DNA of 64,000 nucleotides, taken from the NCBI GenBank assembly GCA_020536535.1, contig JAHLWZ010000231.1:62001-126000 (forward strand), given 5' to 3'. Source of the stretch: Pelomyxa schiedti. Its lineage: Eukaryota > Protista > Evosea. The notes under the pieces are model-generated. The model was given only the letters and a program-made list of their open reading frames with translations, was not told the DNA's origin and ran no database searches. Positions 47,294 to 58,935 of the stretch are shown piece after piece; positions within the stretch are counted from its first letter, which is position 1, and each line of letters begins with the position of its first letter. The translations under genes were made by a program, and so were the position numbers.

Positions 47294-49511
47294 TCATTCT
47301 GTTTTTTTTGGATCTGTTGTGCCCTTTGTGGTATCGGCGGGTTTTTTGATGCACCCTTCAGTGGCGGGACTGAAGAAATCCGTCTGAATGTTGATTGGTG
47401 TTGCTGTGTGTAAATAGAATAGTGAAGAAACCTGTAGCATTGAGTTCTGGGACAGGTAACCAAGGGCACTGAACATAGTTGTTATTGATTCCTGATGATC
47501 TAGCGGATTTGTTGCCCAGTATGCAATTGTGCCTTCCAATGACGGGAATTGGTTACCATCCTATATCTCAATGTGAGGAAAACCCAGAAAATCCCATCTC
47601 AACAAGAAAAATCATACACGATCAAAGCTGGGAATAAGTTTGCATGTCTCCCAAATGCTTTGTTTCTGTGAAGCAGGAAGATTTTCAAGCTGTGTGGCCC
47701 ATGCCTGTAGCTGGGCAAGTTAAATTTTAACATAATGGAAACAGAAGACATACCATGTGAAGTTGCATCATGGAAGACCGGGCAGTGCAGCCCCAGAGAG
47801 AGGAATCCCCTTCTGTATCAACGGATGGAGCAGGAAACTCGTTGGAAAACACCTTTGGATAGGCCCACTTAACTTGCCGGAACGCAGCATGCAATAGCTC
47901 GGCCAAGATTGGCTGTACTGAGCCTCGTTTTTGTATAGACTTGGCGAATACAGCATTCACTAAATCCAGAATCGATGTGCTCTCTGAAGGTTGCGCTTGC
48001 AGCCCACAGACTTGGAGAATGGCTTTCATTATTATTCTTCGTTCAAATGCATCCATCTCCTCTGCTCTCTGAGCATACATTTTAACAGATCTGATAATGG
48101 CATTGAAGAAGGATGGGGGCGAAGGAGAATTGAAGAGATAGGAATTAGTCAGTTGAGGGGAAGAAGGAACACTTGGGGTTTTTGGAGTTCCCGCTAAAGC
48201 CGAGGTTGATGAAGCTGGTGTAGGTTTGGACCGGTTTGGACTTAGTATGTCAGAGACACCTTCAGAGGGAGGAGGGGACGTGGGGGATAGTGCGGTTGTA
48301 TTACTTGAATGTGCCGGAGACAGAGGGGGAGAGGGAGATTGTGCTTGCGGCGAAAACGGAGACTGTGCCAAAGGCATTAGAGAAAGTGCTTGGAGTGGGA
48401 ATGGTGGCATCCCTAGCTGCTGCTGTTGTGCAGTTAATTGAGAAAGACTTGGAGGCCGACCTCGACGAGGAGCGGTAATTGTTGGTTGTAGTTGTTGGAA
48501 CTGGCCTCGCTGAGGTTTATGTGTGGATTGATGCGCGTGTGGAGGCACTAACTCCATAGCCTGTGGATTAGAGAAAAGCATTGGATTGTACTGAAGATTC
48601 CGTGGGTATTGCATGCATCGCTTATCCGGAGTTTGTGAAAAGGCCCTCTGCGCATCTGGATATGCACTATAACCAAGGGGTTGTGATGAGGTGGAACTGC
48701 GAGGCCGAGTACCAGAGCTAGGGGAGTGTGCGAGCTTAGGACGTGATTGATAAGTTTCGTATTGCTCAGTACTCGGATGCTTTCTAGGTAAAGAGTATTC
48801 TCCACCTAGTGCTGTACCAAAAGCTTCGTGCAGTTGTTGGTGCATAGGGATTGTATTGCGAAGTGGATAAGGGATTTGCTTTGCGTGATATTGTTCAATC
48901 TGGCTCTGAAGTTGCTGGTGCTTGATCTGGGGAGGGATACTACCGTCGTAATAATCAGGTGCCTGCAGGCAACGACCCTGAGATTCTTGTATTTGTTGTT
49001 GTTCTTTCAATTGTCCGTGTATTAAATTTCGATCCAAGGAGGACTGGTGCTGCAGTTGACTTTGAACTTGAGGCATCCTCATAAGCATAGGCATTGGCAT
49101 TTGCATTGGCAAAGACCTTTTATACAATTGAGGTGGGCGGTTGTACTCTTCGATCTCTTCTGTTAAACTTGGTCATTATATTTAACCAGTCGCACAACAG
49201 CTATGGGGAAAAAAAAAATCAACTCAACCTGAACTGCTCACTCTGTGTCCATGGCGTGATTGATGACTTGTTGGGATAAACTCACAAGGAAAGGGATAAA
49301 CTCCAATTCCGCTACCACCCTCGCAGGCGTCCATAGCCACCGAGTAACAAGAAGGCAACAAGTTCACATGCTGCCTGTTATTATTGACGGCAATGTTGTC
49401 ACTGAAAACACCACTGACATTTCCAGGCCCGCTGTTGCTCCCCTTATGTTGCAGTTGTGATGATGTCACTTTGGCATTGACGTCAACAAGTTGTTGCTGC
49501 TGAGGCCGCAT
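47294..49511 (-). CDS. Q/P/S-rich low-complexity protein with one AT-hook motif and a helical C-terminal region; function unknown
   Basis: Long exon 47727-49127 contains PRRGRPP (AT-hook core). Flanking ORF fragments are joinable by GT-AG introns. Both ends are inferred. Confidence 0.6.
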
Positions 49512-49701
49512 GGTTTTTTTTTCTTTGTTGACTTTGCCGAACGCAAGGTGTCTCTTGTGTTGGAAATTTTTTTCTTGTGATGATGCGGGCGGTTCCACAC
49601 ACTCAGAAAAAAGCAATAACTGTAAAGGAAGAAAAATTGGAAGTGCCTCTTGGCGAAACCAAAAGTTACTTGCTGTCCAAACAAGGAAGGTCTGGAAAGA
49701 A

Positions 49702-50880
49702 CTAGTGGTTGTTTGGTTGTTCGGAAGGAAATGACGAGGAGGTACTGGACATTGTTGTAGTTGCTGTAGTTGGGGTCCTGTGGCATGATATAGGTAGAAA
49801 TTCCCTCAGGGTTGAGTTGGAAAAACTCTGGACTGTGTCAAACTGCTGCTTCAGTTTTTGTGGCCAACTGGGCATGCTGGATTGGAAGTCCTTCATGTTC
49901 ACTTTGGCATGTAGGTGCTCGTGATTGCGGTAGTTGCCGTTGTTGATGACTATGGAGTGCAGTTTCTCCATATGGAAGGACCCGCACACGGTCTGCACTG
50001 CTGCAAACATGTCAATGGCCTCTGGTTCTGTGAGTTCATGTATTGATCCGAGGTGGCGCTTTGGTGTTATTATAATCTTAGGTCTTCCCTGGGCATCTAT
50101 CCAACAACGGCTGAACTCCTTAACAGGCATCAATTCAATGTGTTACGAAACTGTTAAAAAGGAAGAAATATTAAGGGGAAATTTGAGAAGATGAAGTACA
50201 GTTTCCAAAATTAGAGCGTTCTGCGATACTACATTGCCTTCAGTGACACAGGATATACATGTCTCATAGTGCTTTACAGGTTTACGGTTCCTCCCATAGC
50301 ACACATTTCCCTGAAAGGTCTCCCCAGATTCACTTGGTCTCAACTATAACGACAGCACTATTAGTTCAGAATTACAATGATTCGACACAACATTTTTCAA
50401 ACCCACAAAGGAGATTAACTTATTTACCTATATACATACATTACTACTACTACTACAGTTACTATTACATGCCTCGAACCTATAATGGGGGATTCCCGAC
50501 GTGACTTGAATGACACTGGCAACAGCCTTAGCGAACCGGGCCACGCAACCAGCATCCATATTCCCAAACACTGGCCCTGCTCCTTTCCCCTCTCCCTCTC
50601 CTTGCCTCACTCCCTCTCCTTCCCCTTCCCCTCGCGACACCCTCCCCGTCCCCGTGTCTTCTGCCGGCCGCGAAGCAGCCGTTTGTGCGGGCGAGAGTTG
50701 CGGTTGCTGCTGCGTGGGCTCGAAGGTGACCATTGGGGAGCTGTGCTTGCCCCCGGCCCCCACCGCCCGTGTTAGGCGGCAGGGGAACGCCGCCCCCGAC
50801 GAGTCCGCGGTGGGCAGCAATATCGCCCTGGGACCCTCCGGCCCCCCGCTCCCCTGTTGCTCCCCCTGCCTCGTGTCCAT
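49702..50880 (-). CDS. HIT (histidine triad) family protein
   Basis: CISC zinc-type pair, IIITPKRHLGSIHEL, VINNGNYRNHEHLHAKV (HxHxH). The GC-rich first exon from ATG 50880 is inferred. Confidence 0.75.
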
Positions 50881-50946
50881 AACTTAGTGTTTCACGAAAA
50901 AACCGAACGTTTTGGAAAAACAAAAGCAAAGAGACAACAAACGCTT

Positions 50947-53900
50947 TCAAGGACTTTTGTTCTCGTCGGCGGTTGCACTTGTTGCAGGGGTTTCTTTGGG
51001 CGGCTTCTCGGGAGTCGTTGGTTTTGTGGGTGGTTTCGTAGCGGCGTGGTGGGGGTGTGCGGCCAATGGGCTGGAGAATTGCGCCGGGATTATGGCCACG
51101 CTCTCGGTGCAGTCCTGGACTTTGTAGATGCCGACGAGCCGGTCCGCCAGCTCGAACATGTCGTTCCTCAGGCTGATGATTACAAACTGCGCGTTCTTGG
51201 TCCTTTGCTTGATGTAGTTGGCGACGATGGACACGTTCTTAAAGTCCAGTGCCGCATCGATTTCGTCCATGACATACAGCGGCGTGGGGTTGTAATCATG
51301 AAGTGCAAATACGAGGGCAAGAGAGCTGAGTGTCTGAGTGGCCGGCGTTAGTAATTTGTTTTGGTTTGTGTGACTCGACTCTACGGTTAACATAACAGTA
51401 TAACTATTACGAGAAATTTGTCATTTGGTAGGGGATTGGTTTTACCTTCTCACCACCAGAGAGGTTTGAAATATGCTTCCAACTCTTTTTAGGGGGCCTC
51501 ACACTGAATACTATGCCCTCGGAGAAGGGGTTGAGCCGGTCAACCAGTTCAAGGTCCGCATCTCCTCCAACTGTGATCATTTGATACATTTCCTTTTGAG
51601 GTCAGATTCTTTTCCATAAAGCACAGAAAGAGGAAGGTGCGCACCTTGAGCTTCATCGTGATGTGTGAGAATCCTTCCATGAATTCATCAAGTCTGGAAT
51701 TTCTTACTGCGAGTTCAACTTTTAGTTCTTACCGTCTCTTGCACAATGTGTCGTGCTTAATTTTTAAATCATCAAGCATGTGCGTTATCTCCTCTAGCTC
51801 GTGTAATTTCTCTAGGTATAGCTTCTCTTTTTTCTTATACTCCAAAATTGCTGGCATATTTGGCTTCATAGTTTTCAAAGCTGCTTGCAACTTTGCTAGT
51901 TGTAGGACAGAGTATCAGCATCAAGAATGTGAGTAAGAGAATATTACCTATCTCTTTTTCGATACTGTGAGCATCCATTTTACCCAATTCTTTCTCGTTG
52001 AAAAACTGAAGTGGTGTTGGTTTTTGCTCAAGGTCCTCAGCTATTCTAAAGAAAATGTGAATTCTCCACTTACCCAAATTATAGGTGTAGAGGTACCGAG
52101 CCAGTTTGTTTTCAATGTCTTTTATTTTTGCCATTGCTGAATTTCCTTTAGCTTGAATATCTTTTCGGTTGCATCGTGAGAAGTACGATTAGAGTGTAAG
52201 GATGAAACCATTGAGAGAGGCAACGTTGACTTCGATTTCGTGAGTTAACTGTACTTGCAAGGTATTGGACGCCGCTACTACCTTTCTTAATTTATCTACT
52301 TCCTTTTGAGCTTGATCAAGGTGAGACAGCTTCTCATCAACGACCGCCTTGTCCTTTTCATACTGCTCATTGAGGGTAACAGCGTTCTTGGTTATTTCAT
52401 CCAGTTTTGTTTGTGTAGTTGTAAGCTTGTCAGCCAATTGATTAAGTTCTTCCTTTGCGCGCTTCACAGACAGTTCAGCTTTCTTTGCTGCAGCATGTGC
52501 TCTGTCAGCTTCTACATCGGCTGCAGTAATTTGATTCGGGAGAGACTCAATCTGGGAAGTGTGAACTATTGTATAAAACCCGAAAGATTGATGGATCACC
52601 TTTTCATTTAGTCCATCAACAGTCATTTTTTGTACTTGAAGTTTAGATCCACCAGCAGCCATAATTTGATCTCTTATATGGGCAATTTCTGTCTTAGAAA
52701 GTGTGTTGATTTTCCTTATAAGGGAAAAAGGGGAAGCACACCTCAAGTTCTGACATGGATGCTTTCACTTTTTTGTACTCTGAAGTATCTTTGTCAATAC
52801 TTTTTTGTAGATCGGCCTTTTTAGCTTCCTCTTGGGGTAGCAGTTGTCTTTGTGACTCCAACGTTGTTATTGATTGCTTCAATGATGCCTGGCGCTTTTT
52901 ATTTGCCTATAATGTGGTGGTTTCAGTCACACAATTAAGATGGGTTAAGCATGCCTCTAAGTCCATTTCCAATTTGGTGAGATCGGAGTTTTCTATGAGT
53001 CTTTGCAGTTTTTCTTTTTCTCGTTCATGGTCTGATTTTTGGGCTTGAAGCATGTCCAATTCACTGGTCATCTTCTCCAATTGCAACTTGAAATTTGAAT
53101 ATGAGAAACGTCCGTTATGGTGTGGTATTTTACTGCAGCTTGCTTGAGGGCGGCTTCATCTTCTGCTGTGAATATTGAGGATGCCATTCCGCCACGGTAA
53201 ACTCGATTTCCACCTCCGGACATTGTTCCACTTGTGTCAATTACCTCCCCCTGGAAATATTTAGGCACACTAATAGTGTAGTGGTTTTACACCTGAAGGG
53301 TTACAACTCGCCACCGCTTTTCGGGATAAGCAATTCTAAATTCATGTTAGGTGTAAATAATGCACAACTGATCAGGGAAATTACCGTGTTGCCTGAGCAA
53401 TATCGTTTGCGACTAGAGTATCACCCAGGGCATGATAAAATGCTGGCAAAAGTTCTTTTTGAGAGACTTTCACACAATCAAAAAGCCTCCATAAATTCTC
53501 AGAGACAATGAAGGAAATAAAAGGAAAATAAAAGAAAAAGTGAAGAAGGGGAAAAAACCGTGGCACGTTTTCTGGGGTTGGTTTTGGTGCCATTTGAGAA
53601 ATCAAATCATGTTGCTTTTCCAAAATGATAAAAGTACTTCTCCCCAATTTGTTTGTTCTACAGGCAATGAATTGAGTAGAAATGGGAGGTAGTTTTGGTT
53701 ACTTCAGGAACTCCACACAACTTCTGGCAGTGTCCTCATCTTGAACGACAATATTATCCAGGGATGGGCAGGCAGTGGATATGGCAACATCATATTTGTT
53801 GTCTATTGCGCCAAGATCCCCGAGTCGCCCCTAAAGACTTACTGAATCTTCCAAACTTATTCAGTGTCACATACATAAATGCCAGGAAGTTGCTTCTTAA

Positions 53901-56900
53901 GTTCTTTCATTCTTTGAAAGAGAACACCTCTAGTTTGGTGCTGTTCAGATTCATATCGTTTTTCCATCACTCGGGCCCGTGCTTCCTATTATTTTTAGAT
54001 AACTCAAAGCAAAGTCTAAGAACCTTAATGTCTCTATCAAGAGCTTCTTCTTTCTTTGTGAGTGCCTGAAGTGGCCTTGAGTCAGAAGTTCCAGAAAAAT
54101 TGTAGAGGTACCTCAATTTTGGCATTGATTTGGGCCATTTGCTGTGATCGCTCCTGAAGGGCCTTGGATGCTTGAAGTTTATTTTCTTTCTATAATTTGA
54201 GTCTGTTATAAGCTTTTTTGTGAATAACCATGATTTTACCAGTTGAGTATATGCACGTGCAGTAGCTTCAAGCTCAGCTTGTGCCTTTTCAAGATTGTTA
54301 TTAGCAGTTTCCATGCGTGACATCAGTAATGACAGTTCTCTTGTGTTGAGATCAATTCTGGCTTGCAATTCATTAAGCTTTGTTTCATAAGGCATGAGCG
54401 CCTTTCGTTTGGCTTCCATCTTTTGTTGCAGACCACCTGTCTCACCTATTTGGAGGGAATCAACCAACAATAAGAAGATGAGGTGAGCCTAACCCTTTAA
54501 GCTGCGCAACATTTCTGCTAATTTCTTTTCCTCAGCTTCAAGAGTTTGCTGGGTCTCTTTCAACTAAAGAGGATTTAGATCTTAATTGACGAGAAAAGCG
54601 AACTTGTTCAGACAGGACTTCTTTATCACTTTTTTTCTTTTCTTCTTCAGCATTAGCCTCAGAAATTCGACGTGTTTGCTGATAGGTAAATGAGGTCTTA
54701 GATTGCAGGTAAAGAAAGAAACCGTTTCAATATCCTTCTTCAACTTTTTTTTTTGAGCTTGTGAGTGCTTCAATTCTTCTCTTAAGTGAATGTCTTCTTT
54801 TTCCAAAGCTTGGTAGTCAGCTCGAGCTTTGTTAAGGGCTTTGACGAGTTTCTGTTGAGAAAAGCTGTGAACAAAATCAAAAGTGGGGCTTCTCTTACTT
54901 CATGCTTTGATTTTTCAGACTTCAAGAAATTTTCTTTTTCTTGGCAAGCTTTAACACTGTCAGAAACTTTGTCCCTTTATTCGTGGAGTTATTTATTGGG
55001 AATCAAATGGAGTGCAGTACTTTTCTTCCTGGAGTTTGCTTTCAAGATCTTTTTGTTTTTCTTCAAATTGAAAGGCCTCCTTTTCATGTGCTTTTCTTGT
55101 TAATCGTTGTTTGGAATTATGTTGTATTACCAAGCCTCTGAATTTGGCATAGTGTTGCTTGATGAGTTAGTATCTGTTGCTCTTTTGAGACATACTCCTC
55201 CGCCTCTTGTTTGGCTTCCTATGGAAATGGTAGGAAATGGGAATAAAATGTGAAACTTACCTCCAGACGTGATTTGTCACCTTCAACAATTTTTACGCGA
55301 TTATATTGTTCCGTTCGTGTCTCAGATGTGTGCTCAATCTGTTGGGTTGGTTTCATCTGCTTTCCCATTTTTAATTTTACATACTTGTTTTGCAATATCA
55401 TTAATTTCATCTATATACTTGTTTGTTCCTAGGAGATGTGGTTATTCCTTTTATGCAGAGGTACTAGATTACCTATGATTCCTTCTAAGTATTCGAGCAT
55501 TCCAACTTCATGTTGGGGGGTTCCCTTTGGCTCCATTTGGGCAATCTGGTCTACTTCCCCCTGAAATAAGTGTCAAAGGGTTCTTGAATAGAGTGTAAAA
55601 TGAAATGTAGAATCACCTGCATAATGAGAAATCTGTCATTGCTTAAATTGATGTTCTTGGATTTAAGAATGTTCATGAATTCATTTATGCTGGATGATTT
55701 CCCATTAAGGTTATATTTGGCCGACCCACCAGAGGCTTTCACAATACGTGTGAGTACAAGTTCACTTCCTGGGACTACTTCATAGTCACTCCCTTCCTGT
55801 GTATGTGTTGGAAGGAATGACATCATCAGATAACAACCAAGTCGTAGATCTCACAAAAATGAATAGACACTCTTGCTTCTTTGACATCAGGATGTTTTGC
55901 AGAGTTATGAACAAGTTCACCAAGGGTTTTCTGTCTCAATCTGGAAGCACGGTACCCAAAAACAAACAATAATGCGTCAATGACATTGGATTTTCCACTT
56001 CCATTTGGACCAACAATAGATGTGAAACACTGGCAAGAATAAGAAAGTCTCACAAACTGTGTGTGCACATCAATACTTTATGGAACGGGCCTATCTCTTG
56101 GATACCAGCATAGGACTTGAAATTCTCCAATTCCATCTTGGTCATTATCAAACGACTCGCCCTTTGAGGGACTTGAGGCTGAGATGGAGGCCGAGGCTGT
56201 GATTGTGCCGGTGCCTGTGCCTGTGATTGTGATGGTGCATGTGATTTATTAGGCTGACTCTGCAAAGGAGCGTTCTTGGCGCCGGTTTTAGAGTCATTCT
56301 TATCCATTGATACAGAAGAAGTTGTGGTTGTTGTAGTAGTTGTGGTTGTGGTTGTAGTTGTAGGTTTTGATGATGTTGTTGCTGTAGTTGATGATGACGA
56401 CGACGACGACGCCGCGGCCTTTGGTTTAGCAGTGGGAATGTGGCTTGGGCTCGTCGGGTCCCTCGACGCCGCGCTGCTGGGCTCGTGGCCCCGCGCAATC
56501 TTGCAGCGGAACTCCCCCCCGCCTCCCTTCTCCAGGTCGCTGTCCCCCCCCGCGTCCGCGTCGGGGTCCGGCTCGCTCGAGCTCCCTGACCCCGCCCCCG
56601 CCCCCTTCTCCTTCTCCTGGGCCTCCCCGCCGCGCCCGCGCTTCCTCCCGGCCTCTCGCCCGTCGTCGCTGCTGCTGCTGCTGTTGCTGCTGCTGGGGCT
56701 GGGGCTTGGGCTGTCGCTGGCCGCTGCGGCGCCCTTCTTGGCCTTCTTGGGCTTGGCGGCGGCCTTGGGCTTGGGCTTGGGCCGCTGCTGCGTGATCTTG
56801 GTCCGCTTGGGCGCCGCGGCCGCGGGGGCCGCCTGCGGCTGGGCCTTTGCCTTGGGTGGTCCCTTCGCCGTGCTGGCCGACGCGGCTCCCCCCCGCCGCT

Positions 56901-56982
56901 TCCGGCCCGCCGCCGGGGCTTCGCCTGACGACGAGCCCCCGCTGTCGCTGGACGTGTCCTCGCCGCTCGAGCTCGTTGGCAT
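50947..56982 (-). CDS. SMC4: Structural maintenance of chromosomes 4 (condensin subunit) with a long low-complexity N-terminal extension
   Basis: LENFKSYAGIQEIGPFHK, IVGPNGSGKSNVIDALLFVFGYRA, hinge region with SGTMSGGG, GGDADLELVDRLNPFSEGIVFSVRPPKKSWKHISNLSGGEK, PTPLYVMDEIDAALDFKNVSIV, AQFVIISLRNDMFELA. Confidence 0.97.
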
Positions 56983-57102
56983 GACCGACTTGGCTCTTGG
57001 TCTCCCCCCAACTAACAAATCAAATTTGATCTGTTCAGAGTATCGATCTACTCTTGTTAATTGCCCCTATGCACCACAAAACATTGTGCTTGGCTTCACT
57101 GT

Positions 57103-58820
57103 TTAGTGTTTTTGTGGTGGGGGAGGTGGTGGGGGTGTTGGTGGTGGATGGAAGAAGTTGCCAATGAGGTACTCTGGTACACCATCCAGTTGCATCTTCT
57201 GGTGCACCACAGCCTCTTCAAGGCCTATCTTGAGCATGGTGGTGTAGCGGCTCAGGTCCACAGGTGTTGCTGATGCAGGAGGGGCAGCCGGTGAAGTGCA
57301 AGTCGCCTCACTTGGCGGAGGGGGGGCTTTTGGTGCAATGAGGGGCAATTTCCCTCCCGGGCATATCCCGTAGCCCTTGGTGGCCATTTCAATCCACCAG
57401 TTACCAAGCCACAGTGAAAAGGGCCGCCGTTTTATGTTGAGCACTTTGTTCAGTGAGTCGGTGATGTGAACACAGTAGTGGCCCTCCGGGCTTTTCTTTG
57501 TGATGACACCAACATCTCCTTCAAAAGGTCCTCCAGTCAGCTGGACCTGTGTCCCAATAGAGAGGTTCCACACAGTGAACGATTCCGTAGGAACTGTGTA
57601 TGGCAACGGAACCACCTGCCGAATCCGAGAGGATGTTGGTGAGGGTGTTGTAGTAAGTGAACAAGCAGTAGTAGATGTGGTGGCACTCGCGGGAGTGGTG
57701 ACTGGTGTGCTGTTGCATGGCACTGGATGCCAAGCCTGATCAACTGGACAGCATAGTGGGTTTCCCTCTCTGTCAAAGGGAACAAGGAATCTGTCCTCAC
57801 CCACACATGATGTGGATGGTATGTCTGGACTGTATGAGGAATCCATTTGTAAAACGGGCAGTTCCATTTCCCTTGCAAGCATCCCGAATACGTCGTCCAA
57901 TCTTCCATAGATTCTTAGTGAGCTGAGTTCATCATACTGAGTCTGTTGGAGATTGACAATAACAAGACCCAGAGAATTCCGTCCTTCCTCAAAAGCTTTT
58001 GCCACACCACTGGCAGCAGTGTCTGCATCAAATCCTGACATCGATGTTCCAAGTGCGAGGCACAGATCAGCAGCATCACGCCACCATTTAAGCCAGGTCT
58101 CCAAATCAGGCCTAACTTCACCCTCAAATGGAACGACAGGATTGGAAGGATCATGTAGTGATCCGTGAATTTCATTCAGGCAGCACTGAGGGAACCCAGC
58201 TTTCTGCGGCAAACTGTCGTGGTTCTGGCGAGCATCGATGACTAAGCGAACAAATACGGAAAATGGGAGATATATGTACCTGTTGTATCCAGTGCTTAAG
58301 AAATCCCGAATGATACAAGGATGCCAGAACCCTGTGGGCCAGAGTCGGCCTGGCTGTTTTCCAGTCTTTTACACGAGGCCGGTCAGCAGTGGCAGTCACC
58401 GAGGCATCCTTTGCCTTGGTGGCATAATCGTCAATTCCTGCAGCTGTGCTTATGCCCGCCCCTGTGTAGCATATCAAGCAAGACGACCGTCGTATCATCG
58501 ACGCTAACAAGGCTACTTTCTACAAAAAAAAAAGTGTAAGCTATAGATTCCAATGAAGGTTTATTGCGGTGAGTTTCTTCGCCGCTACTGCATAGGCCAT
58601 TATTATGGGTAAAAAAACCGAAGGAAACACCACGTACTTTACGCATTACGTCCGGTAGGTCCATGTACTCGTGTGCCTTGATGTCCGTGAATGTCAACCG
58701 GGCATTGACGTCAAACTCCGTAACCAGCGCGGGGGCTGCCCAAGTTGGGTCTCCCAGCCTCCCGTGCATTCTCGCCACAGACGCCACCATGGCACTGCTA
58801 CCCTGCGTGTCTCCTTGCAT
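57103..58820 (-). CDS. Sirtuin (SIR2-family, SIRT6/7-like core) lacking the Zn-binding module, with a KOW-like element, a CCDC53-like helical motif and a polyproline C-terminus
   Basis: YTGAGISTAAGIDDY, ARPTLAH, QQNHDSLPQKAG, NEIHGS, LALGTSMSG, VIVNLQQTQYD..LRIYGRLDDVF. Then VQLTGGPFEGDVGVI, YTTMLKIGLEEAVVHQKMQLDGV and PPPTPPPPPPP. Confidence 0.85.
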
Positions 58821-58935
58821 ATGAAACGGTTTTTATTTTTACTGTAATTCGTTTGTGATGGGAGGTGGATTGGTGGTGAGACAGGTACATTACATCTGAA
58901 GGTGGCGTGGCCACACTGAACTTATGGGTGGAGCA

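Noticed and set aside
56148-57106. Several overlapping long ORFs in GC-rich DNA
   Set aside because: Stop-poor alternative frames of the GC-rich SMC4 first exon; only one frame leads into the SMC4 motifs.
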